Assembly: GCA_014728035.1 (NCBI GenBank)
Contig: WJMJ01000079.1
Span: forward strand, 108,827-172,826
Direction of reading: 5' to 3'
Source: Promethearchaeota archaeon
GTDB taxonomy: Archaea; Asgardarchaeota; Thorarchaeia; Thorarchaeales; Thorarchaeaceae
Length of the DNA: 64,000 nt
Part shown: positions 39,001 to 48,562 of the stretch, piece by piece
How positions within the stretch are numbered: the stretch's first letter is position 1
Layout: each line of letters opens with the position of its first letter
The notes under the pieces: generated by a model
What the model saw: the letters and a program-made list of their open reading frames with translations, nothing else
Told to the model about the DNA's origin: nothing
Databases searched by the model: none
Position numbers and translations under genes: made by a program

Positions 39001-39808
39001 CAATCATATCTGCGAACTTTGTGAGTAAATGAATGTCATATTCTGAATAGTCCGTAGATTTGTTAGCTACGGTGATTTGTCCAATTACCTCATCATGGAA
39101 TATTATTGGAACCGCAACAGAACGCTTCATAGGAAGGTGCCCATCTGGAATTGAATTCTCCTCATTCTTCACTATAACTTTCTTTTCAAGCAGTGAATCT
39201 TTCCAAATTCCTCCCCACTGTTCTTGATGAAAAATTATTTTCTTATCTGGCACCTCACATCTATTCCAGATGTTTCTTGTCATTGAGGGACAAACTAGCG
39301 ACCCATCGTCATCAATATACCCGAAATATCCAAACTCGCTGTTAGTAGTACTTAGAATGATATCGAGCACATCTGCAAATACTTCTTCCTCATTCTCTTC
39401 TTTTGTAAGAAAAACTTGTAAAATTTGATTTCTTTTCTCAATCTCAAAAAATGATTTCTCTGAATCTATCACATCTGTTTTCCTTTCAAATTCAGGAATA
39501 CAATCAATAGTAATCGTTTCAGTTTTTTCTGTTGGTGATTTATTTACAAGAATAAGAAATGATTCATACCTTCCGTTTGCATGTAGTAACCTTATTGAAG
39601 TCCCAGTAGGTCTTTCATCTAGTGAATTAAGAAATCGTTCCACTCTATGCTTCTCGGACAACGGAATCATCAATTCTGAAAATTTCTGACCCTTGACATC
39701 TTCCAGTTTATATCCAAGATGAGAGAGAACTTTGTCATTGATTCCGACAATGAAACCACTATCGATATCAATCTCAAAGCTTAGAAAACTTTCAGTACTC
39801 TCTCTCAT
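36080..39808 (-). CDS. Cytoplasmic hybrid sensor kinase (PAS-GAF-PAS-GAF-GAF-PAS-HisKA-HATPase-REC)
   Basis: GQLAAGLAHDFSNIL, QILMNLSINARDAM, DTGTGI, FEPFFTTK, GSGLGL; REC ILVVDDE...DMMMP...MTGY...QKP. Confidence 0.95.
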   Translation of the reverse strand: MRESTESFLSFEIDIDSGFIVGINDKVLSHLGYKLEDVKGQKFSELMIPLSEKHRVERFLNSLDERPTGTSIRLLHANGRYESFLILVNKSPTEKTETITIDCIPEFERKTDVIDSEKSFFEIEKRNQILQVFLTKEENEEEVFADVLDIILSTTNSEFGYFGYIDDDGSLVCPSMTRNIWNRCEVPDKKIIFHQEQWGGIWKDSLLEKKVIVKNEENSIPDGHLPMKRSVAVPIIFHDEVIGQITVANKSTDYSEYDIHLLTKFADMIAPILNSRREIRRSQDALQESESQLQLIAENAQDLIYRIRLVPEMKFEYVSPSSTEMVGYTPQDHYDNPMLGMEIVHPEDRDKLERLAKEVPFDPLIIRWIHKNGKVIWIEQNNSPIYDESGNLIGIEGIARNITDRKKADDELKEKKLFSDQLFLAANSVLEHSDFESIAQVIFEACKVVTGAMLGNVMLSVEESMKKDRYLVRRGENTSIISFEKFIKIEKVRKKLYIQQEAIYENNLQNSEYNESFLVKCAELENVLIIPVILEGETQGIIALGNKPGEFTKDDVEKGLTFANLAAIALERMKTLNALEKTNKSLQRRSSELQMLYSLSQEVSKTVSYDEVMPIVHRHINRAFPHDISASLFILEDQQFMMINPIHPISSEVEQKIKRILRENYLKFRDEIGEELPEKPFAHIRMNPPLFEKKETISDLRSLISSPIIFPESRDVIGLVLLAAEQKGKFSEEDIRLLFTSMNQTSMVLQKLQALRTAEKERLASLIEHLPEGVILIDADERILVQNNTAREYLDDIGTIREDSSLSALGETPIQDILSFNDDRIIEIKKPDSEKIFEVVATSIKTGPQKGGWALVIEDVTIMREIQERVNTQERLASVGQLAAGLAHDFSNILQGIMGFAELLQMNQSLSEPITKDLSSIQSLAEKGSDLTKQLLDFSRQSVSEKRIVNLREVVDEILNLLKTSIPSNIRVLTEFEVGNYQVLADPTQIHQILMNLSINARDAMLDGGKLIIRLSNSEQNPEETNHTADEWIQLEIIDTGTGIEDSVLPHIFEPFFTTKDRTEGSGLGLAQVYGIVQQHNGTITVKTELGKGTNFTIYLPVHHKETVEKKVVSTKTTDYDGVSILVVDDEPIVLEALSRMLERLGCRTYTATNGRKALEIYQKERDNIDIILTDMMMPDMDGIELVKQLAVINPSAKVILMTGYPLGSKIEELKGLGLVSWAQKPLRLSRIGKLIQKYIDT

Positions 39809-39910
39809 ACTGTGACACCTTTTGAGTTCTCTTATGTAACAACTTTAGTGTCACGGGATTGTATAAAATATCCATTGTGTGTGTATTGTTTGCTGAAAAT
39901 CTGTAGCTTC

Positions 39911-40438
39911 TCATTCATCTAACTGGTTCTCATAATCATTCATACATCTCTTGATTGTCTGATATGCATCGGCTAATTCCCTAAAGCGTTTGATTTCAGT
40001 GTGACCCCCTTCTTGGATCTTATATGTGTCGTAAAAATGCTTCAATTCTTCAATCTGACTTCGGGGAATGTCTACAATACTTTTGACATCACGGTAGTAC
40101 GGTTCTTTAATTGGAACCGCAATGATTTTGTCATCGATATGTCCCATATCATCCATTTCCATAATTCCTATGGGTCTTGCATGAACCAAACAAGAAGTGA
40201 ATGTAGGTTGATTGATCATAAGAATAACATCCAAGGGGTCACCATCAGCATCTAGCGTTCGTGGAATAAACCCATAATCAAAAGGAGCAAACGTATAGAG
40301 AACCCTATCTAATTTGAATACATTGAATTCTGTATCATACTCGTACTTATTCTTGCTAGCTCTAGTTAGCTCGATTATGACATATATTTCACTTGGTGGA
40401 TTCGGACCAGCAGGTATGTCATGGAGGTAATTCGTCAT
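39911..40438 (-). CDS. ppa: Inorganic pyrophosphatase (family I)
   Basis: KNKYEYD, LDRVL, YGFIPRT, DGDPLD, DDKII. Confidence 0.96.
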   Translation of the reverse strand: MTNYLHDIPAGPNPPSEIYVIIELTRASKNKYEYDTEFNVFKLDRVLYTFAPFDYGFIPRTLDADGDPLDVILMINQPTFTSCLVHARPIGIMEMDDMGHIDDKIIAVPIKEPYYRDVKSIVDIPRSQIEELKHFYDTYKIQEGGHTEIKRFRELADAYQTIKRCMNDYENQLDE

Positions 40439-40574
40439 GTGTTTAACTCCTATTCGAAAAATAAATGAAGTTCCTATAGAGTTTTCCTAATAGTTACATA
40501 TTGAACCGACAAGCATTTCTTTATGAGCTGCTTTCATTAGTATGCGTCTAAAGTAAAATTGAGAGGATATTGGA

Positions 40575-41153
40575 ATGAGTCCCGACAGTACTGAATCGAC
40601 AAGTGATATAGCTAAAGAAGAGCCCTTTGATGTTGGTGGACTCTTTCGTGGAACAGCGACATTCACCTTTGTAATTGAGATAATAAGCATGATTATGATA
40701 CTGGGTTCTGGGGTCGCTTACATTTTGAGTAGATCTGGTACTATTGAAAACTTAAATCCCGATTTCGCAATTCTGTTATTATTAGCTGGTGCCATGATAA
40801 CTCTCTTTTTCTTTATGGGCACTATCAGTTTCTTTATCCGATTTAACCGGAGAATTACCAATCTCGTTATTGGGGTAGGAATCGGAGAAGTAGATTTGAA
40901 TCGTGGAAGAGTGAAATCTGTAATTTTTCTCTATGTGCTTGCCATCGGTCTTATCCTAATAATGGGGATGTACAGCTATTGGCTCGTCTTCAGATATTAC
41001 TTGATTGACTTTGTAGCTAACTCTCTTAGTGCATTTGGGTTGGTTTTATCTTTCGGAATATTTCTGTTAGCCTTCTTACTCCAAGTAGTAGTTATTGCTT
41101 TAGGAAGAACTGCAACTAAAGTTGTTAAAGCTGTATTAGATGAGGATGTCTAA
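40575..41153 (+). CDS. 4-TM membrane protein
   Basis: Four hydrophobic helices; GAGG SD. Confidence 0.75.
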   Translation: MSPDSTESTSDIAKEEPFDVGGLFRGTATFTFVIEIISMIMILGSGVAYILSRSGTIENLNPDFAILLLLAGAMITLFFFMGTISFFIRFNRRITNLVIGVGIGEVDLNRGRVKSVIFLYVLAIGLILIMGMYSYWLVFRYYLIDFVANSLSAFGLVLSFGIFLLAFLLQVVVIALGRTATKVVKAVLDEDV

Positions 41154-41215
41154 TATCGTAATAACTAGAGTGCACTAGATGGATAATTGACATTCACATC
41201 TGTATTGATGTATCA

Positions 41216-41434
41216 CTATATGATTTCTATTTTCATTATATATTGGATAATGAAATAGGAGTCAGGATTTTCGTTATTAGCTGTAGATAGAGCAACAATA
41301 CCATTTCCTACAAAAACGATTTTTCCTTCTATAGGAGGATTTCCGTATATTCCAGATATGCGTATTCTTTCTCCCTTCTCGGCAATTTTGAGAAGGATTG
41401 TTCGAATGGTTTCTGTTTTCTCAAAATCGGACAT
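41216..41434 (-). CDS. Small protein, possible Sm/LSm-like beta-barrel
   Basis: Helix followed by G.RIRI...IEGKIVFVG.GIVAL...YFI..YIMKI strand pattern. Confidence 0.5.
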   Translation of the reverse strand: MSDFEKTETIRTILLKIAEKGERIRISGIYGNPPIEGKIVFVGNGIVALSTANNENPDSYFIIQYIMKIEII

Positions 41435-41551
41435 GTATTAACAATAAGTATTCATATGAAATAAGGTTTGGCACAAATTAATTGAGCTGAACAAATACAT
41501 ATCCAGCAGATTTAATTATCTTGAGGAAAAGCAAATCCGAGAGGCAAAGCA

Positions 41552-42718
41552 ATGAAATTGAAACTCTGGCAAATCTCATATGGTGTCGGTCTTAGTATTG
41601 TCTTGAGTCTTTTTGGACTTGATGCTATTGGACTCCATTTGGCTGAGAATGTTGTTGCATGGGTCGAATTAATTGGTGGCGTACTGCTTATTGCAGGTTC
41701 ATGTGAAGCATTTGTTCTTTCTGTTGAAGGTATATCACATAACATGAATATGACCGATTACGTTTCAGGAATCTATGCTAGTCTTGCTAGTCTCATTCCT
41801 GAATTATGTGTCATTGTATTTCTCCTTCTTGATGGAGATTATGAAATGGCTTGGGTACTAGCTCTAGCAACAATTTTCATGAATTCTTTAGTCTTTGCTA
41901 TCTATACACTTGTATTGCCAAAAGACAAGGAGGGCAACTTCAAATTACCGGATGCTATCATGTGGGTAGGTTCGGACCTTCTTAGCATGGGCTCTATGAT
42001 TAGTGTTTCAGTTGGACTCTCAATGTTTATGGTCTTTGTTTTCTCTCTCGAGAATCCATTACTACCCAGATACCTTGATGCAAGAGAGCTGTTTGTCTTT
42101 GGAGGTGCACTCATTGGAGTGTTCATTGCATATCTCTATTGGATAACCAAATATTATGGCAAATGTGACCCAGAAGCCGATGATCCGCATATGTCTTGTG
42201 AAATTCGTCATGAAACCCTTTCGATGCAGAAACTTGGTATATACTTGTTCTTTGCTTCACTTGGTGCTCTTCTCGGTGGAGAAGCCCTTTCAGGTTTCGC
42301 TAATTTTGCTACTGAAACATTGCATCTAAGTTTCATTCATGCTGCTCTCTTACTAGTAATATTCGGTGGTACACCTGAATACATAATTGTTGCAAGTAGT
42401 CATAGAAAGAAAGAGCTTGAGATTGCATTATCAAACGCATTTGGAGGAATTGTGCAGGTATTCTTTGTAATATTCGGCTTTACTCTAATTTGTGCAGGAT
42501 TAATTTCAACGAGTTATGGTGTCATGAATGTTATTCCAATTGACCTCTTTTCAGTACTATTGGTGTTCTTTGCGTTTCCATCAATGTTCATCTTAAGAAT
42601 AATGATAGCAGATGACCAGAAGGTTAACGCATTAGAGAGTGTCGCGATGATTGCAGTATTCATCATGATGTTGTACATTCTTCTTGCTTATGGTGTATAT
42701 CCTCTTGTACCTCCCTAG
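41552..42718 (+). CDS. Ca2+/cation antiporter (CaCA) family protein
   Basis: About 10-11 TM helices; alpha repeats ASLIPEL and GGTPEY...ALSNAFG. Confidence 0.85.
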   Translation: MKLKLWQISYGVGLSIVLSLFGLDAIGLHLAENVVAWVELIGGVLLIAGSCEAFVLSVEGISHNMNMTDYVSGIYASLASLIPELCVIVFLLLDGDYEMAWVLALATIFMNSLVFAIYTLVLPKDKEGNFKLPDAIMWVGSDLLSMGSMISVSVGLSMFMVFVFSLENPLLPRYLDARELFVFGGALIGVFIAYLYWITKYYGKCDPEADDPHMSCEIRHETLSMQKLGIYLFFASLGALLGGEALSGFANFATETLHLSFIHAALLLVIFGGTPEYIIVASSHRKKELEIALSNAFGGIVQVFFVIFGFTLICAGLISTSYGVMNVIPIDLFSVLLVFFAFPSMFILRIMIADDQKVNALESVAMIAVFIMMLYILLAYGVYPLVPP

Positions 42719-42720
42719 TG

Positions 42721-42822
42721 TCTGAAGGGGAATTTGTTTTCCCCTTCTCAGACTTCTTTATTCTGAATAATAAGCTAAAATAAAAACAGAAAGTCCTCCA
42801 GAGCTTGAAAAGCTCCAGAGGA
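42721..42822. terminator. Two stem-loops between convergent CaCA and kbl genes
   Basis: GAAGGGGAA...TTCCCCTTC (42724-42747) and TCCTC-CA-GAGCT-TGAAA-AGCTC-CA-GAGGA (42794-42822). Confidence 0.6.
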
Positions 42823-42836
42823 GAACATCTTTAGAA

Positions 42837-44027
42837 CTAGATAATATCTAGCTTTTTACCTACCTTTTCGTAGGCCGATAGAGCAACATCTAGTTGTTCT
42901 TTGGAAAGACCAGAATTCATCATATTTCTGATTCTTGCCTTATCACGAGCTACCATTGGGAATACAATTGGCAGAGCGAGGATACCTTCTTCGTAGAGGC
43001 CTTCACTGAGAGCTACTGCTTTCGAACTCTCTCCGCACATTGCTGGAATAATTGGAGTTTGACTGTTGCCAGTATCAAAACCCATGTCTTCAAGCCCTTT
43101 GATGAAATACTCTCTGTTGTCCCAAAGATTGTTGACATGCTCTTCCTCAGTTTCAAGAACATCAATAGCTGCAATACATGCTGCTGCAGTTGCTGGTGGG
43201 TGTGATGCACTAAGGAGCCAAGAGCGACTCTTATTGTATGCATAATTGACCATATCTCGAGAGCCTGATACATGACCTCCCATTACACCAAATGCTTTGC
43301 TAAACGTACCCATTTCAAAGTGCACATCATCATGAGTTAGATCGAAGTGTGATACGATTCCACGGCCTCCTTTTCCAAGCACGGCTTCTCCGTGAGCATC
43401 ATCAACGTAAATCATAGCACCATGTTCTTTTCCAAGCTTGACAATCTCGTCGAGAGGAGCAATATCTCCATCCATGCTAAATACACCATCAGTGATGATG
43501 AGTATTTTTCCTGGTTCGTCTTTTTCAGCCTCTTTAAGCACTCTTTCGAGGTCTGCCATGTCACTGTGTTTGTAAACAAAGCGGGTTGCTTTGGTCAATC
43601 TAACCCCATCAATGATACTTCCATGGTTCAACTCATCTGAAATGATTGCGTCACCTCTACCTACAAGCTGAGGAATAAGACCCTCATTTGTAGTGAATCC
43701 AGCACTGTATGTTAGAGCTGCTTCAGCTCCTTTGAATTTAGCTAGTCTTCGCTCAAGTTCAAGATGTACATCCATTGTTCCTGCAATGGCACGAACAGAG
43801 CCAGAGCCAGCACCGTGTGTTTTAATTGCTTCAATAGCTGCTTCTTTCAGTTTTGGGTGATTGCTAAGGTTCAGATAGTTGTTACTACAGAGCATAATAA
43901 CCTCGTCACCATCAACTGTGGCTTTAGGGGTACTTGGTCCCTGTAACTCGCGAATTTTCCAATCAAGATTCTGTTCAACGAGCTTCTGATATTCTTCTTT
44001 CATCCATCCAATTGGGTCTCGTTTCAT
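42837..44027 (-). CDS. kbl: Glycine C-acetyltransferase / AONS-family PLP enzyme
   Basis: CSNNYL, GSVRAIAGT, SDELNHGSIIDG, DGVFSMDG, DDAHG, GTFSKAFG. Confidence 0.85.
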   Translation of the reverse strand: MKRDPIGWMKEEYQKLVEQNLDWKIRELQGPSTPKATVDGDEVIMLCSNNYLNLSNHPKLKEAAIEAIKTHGAGSGSVRAIAGTMDVHLELERRLAKFKGAEAALTYSAGFTTNEGLIPQLVGRGDAIISDELNHGSIIDGVRLTKATRFVYKHSDMADLERVLKEAEKDEPGKILIITDGVFSMDGDIAPLDEIVKLGKEHGAMIYVDDAHGEAVLGKGGRGIVSHFDLTHDDVHFEMGTFSKAFGVMGGHVSGSRDMVNYAYNKSRSWLLSASHPPATAAACIAAIDVLETEEEHVNNLWDNREYFIKGLEDMGFDTGNSQTPIIPAMCGESSKAVALSEGLYEEGILALPIVFPMVARDKARIRNMMNSGLSKEQLDVALSAYEKVGKKLDII

Positions 44028-44142
44028 AACTTTTCACCGAAATTATCGTACGCTCAAAGGCTAAGATATCGTACGGGGTGGCCAGAAAAAATGAGGTATA
44101 TATGGGCTTCGCTCACGGATATATATTTCAAAATAAAGATAG

Positions 44143-44169
44143 AAGAGGTTCTTAAAAGAAGAACCTCTT
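44143..44169. terminator. Perfect 11-bp hairpin downstream of the DUF4332 gene
   Basis: AAGAGGTTCTT-AAAAG-AAGAACCTCTT. Confidence 0.6.
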
Positions 44170-44177
44170 AATTCAAG

Positions 44178-44828
44178 TTACTTAGTGTGACTCTTGGCCT
44201 CTTCAATCCATTTCTTTACCATTTCTAGATTGAATGTATAGCCCCGTGGTACTTGTACATGGCCAAGGTCTACTGCTCGTTTGATATCTTCAAGCAATTC
44301 TTCAGGGTTGGCAATTGCTAATTCGCCAAGTCCTAGGATTCCTCCACCATAGACGATTGCTTCAGCATCTTCCTCTGAAACTGATTTAAGCCATGCAAAT
44401 TTACTCATTGCAATCCAACGAGATGCAACATCAATCCCCACATCGCAAATCTTAGCCACATCTTCTGCATTTGATTTCATCAGATCATAGACAGTACTAA
44501 TTCCAGCGTTTCTCAAATCTTCACCATAAGCTTTTCCAATTCCTTCAATGGTTTCAATTGGCAATGATTCAAGAACTGCATCTGGAATCTCTACTTCGGG
44601 TACATATTCTTCAATAGGATGAACTTCCTTCTTAGCTACTGCTCTGGACTCTACTATTTCTCCAGCTGTTGAATCCTTGCTACATACAACACCAATTAGT
44701 CCTGTAGCAGAAATCATCAATAATGTAACTACTGAAAAAGTATTACTTGATGCAATTAGCAATAAAAGAGCAATTCCTGAGAACACAATAGTTCCTACTA
44801 CTGCTCCTTTTTTCTCCACGCTATTCAT
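44178..44828 (-). CDS. Membrane-anchored DUF4332 (helix-hairpin-helix) protein
   Basis: 2 N-terminal TM helices; IETIEGIGKAYGEDLRNAGISTVYDL; VKKWIEEAK. Confidence 0.78.
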   Translation of the reverse strand: MNSVEKKGAVVGTIVFSGIALLLLIASSNTFSVVTLLMISATGLIGVVCSKDSTAGEIVESRAVAKKEVHPIEEYVPEVEIPDAVLESLPIETIEGIGKAYGEDLRNAGISTVYDLMKSNAEDVAKICDVGIDVASRWIAMSKFAWLKSVSEEDAEAIVYGGGILGLGELAIANPEELLEDIKRAVDLGHVQVPRGYTFNLEMVKKWIEEAKSHTK

Positions 44829-44894
44829 ATAATCAAAATCCTAATACACTTACACAAATTACTTGGATACTTCCATTTTGAATCTTTTCTACAT

Positions 44895-47003
44895 TTAAGT
44901 GCCATCGATTATTGTTATGTACAATGAATGCCAATTGAAGTCTTTAATTGAAAATGAACTTATACGATTTGCTTGGTTTGTGAGCAAATTAGTATGATAT
45001 ATGTGATTTTTCAATTCTAGGTAGTAATTGCCATAATCATCAATAACTCCGCAGTTTCTTGGATCTTCTTTTCCATTAGAGTAATATCCATTATGCCATT
45101 TGAACCAATGCGCTCCTACTGTGAATGGAAGAGCGAATAATTGACTTATGAGGTTTTGATATGCAATCCCTCTCTGTATCTGGGTATTGACAGTTTTTTG
45201 CCTCCATCTCTCGATAGGTACATCTGTGTCAGCAGCAGCTACACCAAATTCGCCAATTATTATTGGGCGCTTAGTGGTTTTGTAAAATGTGTCTTCTAGG
45301 TCCAGAAGGTATTCTCTGATGTAATGCGTTCTCATTCTGTTATAGTCTGGATATGCATTAATACCGATAATATCAAAATCTGAAAAGAGATCCATCACTC
45401 GTTTTAGGCACTTGGAGTAATAACCTGGTCCATCGTATGCAATACGATTTGATATAATCAGCTTGTGTGGAGTGTTATGTGCATCTTCTGCAGTTTTGAC
45501 TGCATGAATCACATGATAGCAGTATGCTCGATAGATCTCTCGTTCGAATGCATACATGTCCTGCATAACTCTAGTATCGTTCCATCCGCGGATTCGAACC
45601 GGATCATTTCTTGATTGAAGGTTCTGCCAAGAAGAATACGAGTATGTGTGCCAATTGCTAGACCATGCTAAATTCAATTCCCCAATCGTTTCATATACTC
45701 CATTTGGTGGTATTTTTGCCCCACTTACTAGACTGGTTAAATTTCCCTGTAACCATTCTGTTAGGACTCTACTACACGCTTCGCTGTAGACATATTTGTA
45801 AACTGGGCCATATGCCATTTCATTGTCGGTCCAATATCCCAGAAAGTCTTCTCTCTCAAGTAACCACTCAGGCATGCTATTATTTGCTAATTGATAAACA
45901 TAGTCTTGCCAAGCTGCATCAAATGGGTCTGGAAATTGATGAGCTCCATTAGCACCGAATGTAGTACCGATATGGTCTTGTAGAACCCAATTTGGTGTTT
46001 CTTCTTCAATAGTAACTTCAGTTCCGAAGTTCAGCCATTGGATATAGTTACGTGTTGGACCATTCACAGTATCGCGATATCCCGTATTACAGGCTAAATC
46101 CTTCTTGAGCATGAGTCTTGCTAAACCACGATAGGTTTCAATCTCCTGACTATTTGGCTCACCTAGATTTTCCCATAGGTATGGATTTGATTCTGGATTC
46201 AGTCCTGCACTAACAACACTTGTAGACCAAAAACAATGTCCTGTTTTATTTACTAGCCACCACGAACCAGCAATCTTCTCAAGATGAGTTGTTTCTCCTG
46301 ATGAACCAGTTGGTTTATCCCCCCCTAGACTTGGAGGTTCAAAACGACCTAAGGTTGATACACTGTTGTATTGTGTGTCAGATAGTTCTACGAGAAATAT
46401 ATCATCAAACCAAACCGTTCCCGGTGAATTATCTAATTGTATGTCAACTCTAATTGATGTGGTCCCGGACGGAATAGTTTCAATGACAAATGAGTTAGGT
46501 ATCCACGCAGTTTCATTTGAACAACGGAATAAATCAATATCCAATGTTTCTTCTAGACTGTTATATTTCACTTTTGTTTCAATTGATCCGAAATCTACGT
46601 TTTCTGATTTTGTATACAGATGCAATAGAAATCTTCTCTCTTCTACATTTGAACTAGAGAATTGGACATTAGTATATAGAATTGGTCGATTCTCCCAGCC
46701 TTCTTCATTCCATGAATTACTTAGCATTAAACAACGATTTCCAGAATGAGCTATTTGTTCATCATGGATCCATGAGTATTCAGCGTTTCCAGCGTCATAA
46801 TGCCATTCTTCAGGCACACCATCATCTGAATATACACCTTCTTCAAAACTTGGATTCCTAATAAGATTCTCTAAATTTGAAATATTAAGTACATTTCCGT
46901 TAATTGAATCATGTGGAGATTCATAGAAAGTGATAAAGAGCAACGTCCCCAACAATCCGATGATAGCAAGAGAAATTATCATTTTGCCTTTTCGTGATGG
47001 CAT
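44895..47003 (-). CDS. Secreted GH50 (beta-agarase-like, clan GH-A) glycoside hydrolase with N-terminal CBM-like domain
   Basis: Signal anchor; NLIRNPSFEEG jelly-roll domain; WWLVN..G..FWS, FPDPFD..W, LGYWTDNE, RPIIIGEFG, QRG.AY, VGAHWF, NCG. Confidence 0.78.
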   Translation of the reverse strand: MPSRKGKMIISLAIIGLLGTLLFITFYESPHDSINGNVLNISNLENLIRNPSFEEGVYSDDGVPEEWHYDAGNAEYSWIHDEQIAHSGNRCLMLSNSWNEEGWENRPILYTNVQFSSSNVEERRFLLHLYTKSENVDFGSIETKVKYNSLEETLDIDLFRCSNETAWIPNSFVIETIPSGTTSIRVDIQLDNSPGTVWFDDIFLVELSDTQYNSVSTLGRFEPPSLGGDKPTGSSGETTHLEKIAGSWWLVNKTGHCFWSTSVVSAGLNPESNPYLWENLGEPNSQEIETYRGLARLMLKKDLACNTGYRDTVNGPTRNYIQWLNFGTEVTIEEETPNWVLQDHIGTTFGANGAHQFPDPFDAAWQDYVYQLANNSMPEWLLEREDFLGYWTDNEMAYGPVYKYVYSEACSRVLTEWLQGNLTSLVSGAKIPPNGVYETIGELNLAWSSNWHTYSYSSWQNLQSRNDPVRIRGWNDTRVMQDMYAFEREIYRAYCYHVIHAVKTAEDAHNTPHKLIISNRIAYDGPGYYSKCLKRVMDLFSDFDIIGINAYPDYNRMRTHYIREYLLDLEDTFYKTTKRPIIIGEFGVAAADTDVPIERWRQKTVNTQIQRGIAYQNLISQLFALPFTVGAHWFKWHNGYYSNGKEDPRNCGVIDDYGNYYLELKNHIYHTNLLTNQANRISSFSIKDFNWHSLYITIIDGT

Positions 47004-47039
47004 GATTTATCGTCATTGAATCTGCTCCAAAAAGGATTA

Positions 47040-48374
47040 TTATGATAGCTCCGTTGATTCTGACAATTCTCGTTGTCTTTTTCTTTCTTCTACAATTTGT
47101 TTATTTCTTCTAACAGCTAAATACATGGGAATTACACAGAACGGATACAGCATGAAAGCAATTGGGAAGAAGAACCTTCCAAATGGCACAATCCCACCCA
47201 TTATACCGATTCCCAAAAGATATGAAGTAAGAAGCGTTCCTGTTTGTCTTGGAAAGGTCCACATGACTCTTGTGAGCGCGAGAGACCTCGCTCTACGCTC
47301 AGAGGAAATTTCGCCCATGAACAGTGAATTTGATGCAGGTCTCGCCATATTTGCAACTGCCATTCTTACAACATAGAATCCGACCATCACAAGAAAAATC
47401 GGAATGTACACCATTCCTATTGTCAGTAAGGGTGTCATCAGATACAATAGAAGAATCATTTTGATTTTTCCCACCCGTTCACTCTGAAGTCCTACAAATA
47501 GAGTTCCAGATGCCAAAGTAAGATTTGCTACTGCTGGCACAGATCCGAGAATAACTGGGTCTGGTGTATATGCTGCATTTATCCAGGGAATCAGATAAGG
47601 AACTACCATTCCACTGCTAATTCCCATCATTGCTTGACTAATCCCAAATAGAATAGCAGTGATCAAGTCATCACGAGATTCACCATTGAGTTCCTGTGAA
47701 TCCTCCTCCTCCTTTTCGATTTCTTCTTCTATAGCAGGTGTGATGTCTGGATTTGCGTGAAGCCATCTTTCTGTGAAGAATCCAAAGATACCTGCAGATA
47801 ATCGAGCTCCTCCCATGATATAGAATAGAATTGCGTATCTGAATAACGGATCTCCAGCTAATGGAAATGCTACAGGGTCGATAATGAATCCTGCTAGAAA
47901 CGGACCTGATGCTGCGGCAAGCGTTGCAACTGCAATTGTGATTCCGTATGATTTGGTACGTTCATCTCCCTTTTTTGTGTGATCTGCAATCAGAGAATCT
48001 AGTGATGTTCTGGTGAACCCAGAACCGATTCCAGTAAGTGCATATACGAGGATTATCATTAGCGAGTCTGTTACAAATGGAAGATAGAATAAACAAGCAC
48101 CATTAATAATTCCACCAAATAGGATTGCTGAACCTCTACCTTTTCTGTCGCTTAGAGTACCTGCTGGAAATAAGGCAATTGCTTGAACATATCCCGCTGC
48201 AGCTACCATTACTCCATAAAATGCTTCATCCTGACCAATGGCGAGAGCGAATAATGGGAGTGCGATTGAATTGAGCGCAAAACCAAAACGGTTGAAAAGA
48301 CTTAGCAAAGATAGTCTTGCAATCTTCTCAGTCTTTTTGTCTTTAGCACGTGATGTTAAGCTCTCTACACCCAT
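47040..48374 (-). CDS. MFS transporter
   Basis: About 12 TM helices; motif A GTLSDRKGR. Confidence 0.9.
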   Translation of the reverse strand: MGVESLTSRAKDKKTEKIARLSLLSLFNRFGFALNSIALPLFALAIGQDEAFYGVMVAAAGYVQAIALFPAGTLSDRKGRGSAILFGGIINGACLFYLPFVTDSLMIILVYALTGIGSGFTRTSLDSLIADHTKKGDERTKSYGITIAVATLAAASGPFLAGFIIDPVAFPLAGDPLFRYAILFYIMGGARLSAGIFGFFTERWLHANPDITPAIEEEIEKEEEDSQELNGESRDDLITAILFGISQAMMGISSGMVVPYLIPWINAAYTPDPVILGSVPAVANLTLASGTLFVGLQSERVGKIKMILLLYLMTPLLTIGMVYIPIFLVMVGFYVVRMAVANMARPASNSLFMGEISSERRARSLALTRVMWTFPRQTGTLLTSYLLGIGIMGGIVPFGRFFFPIAFMLYPFCVIPMYLAVRRNKQIVEERKRQRELSESTELS

Positions 48375-48562
48375 GTAAATCTCTCTTAACTCGTTCTAAG
48401 ATGGTGGTTCTAGATTTGTCTGGCTATTGGCAAAATAAATGAATCCAATGCGGATATTGATTTGTCCATCAATGTACAATCAGCGCCCTATTATAATATC
48501 TACTCAACATTCATAATGGATTGAGTTCATGAAAATACAAGAATTCCAAGGGGACTAGATTA

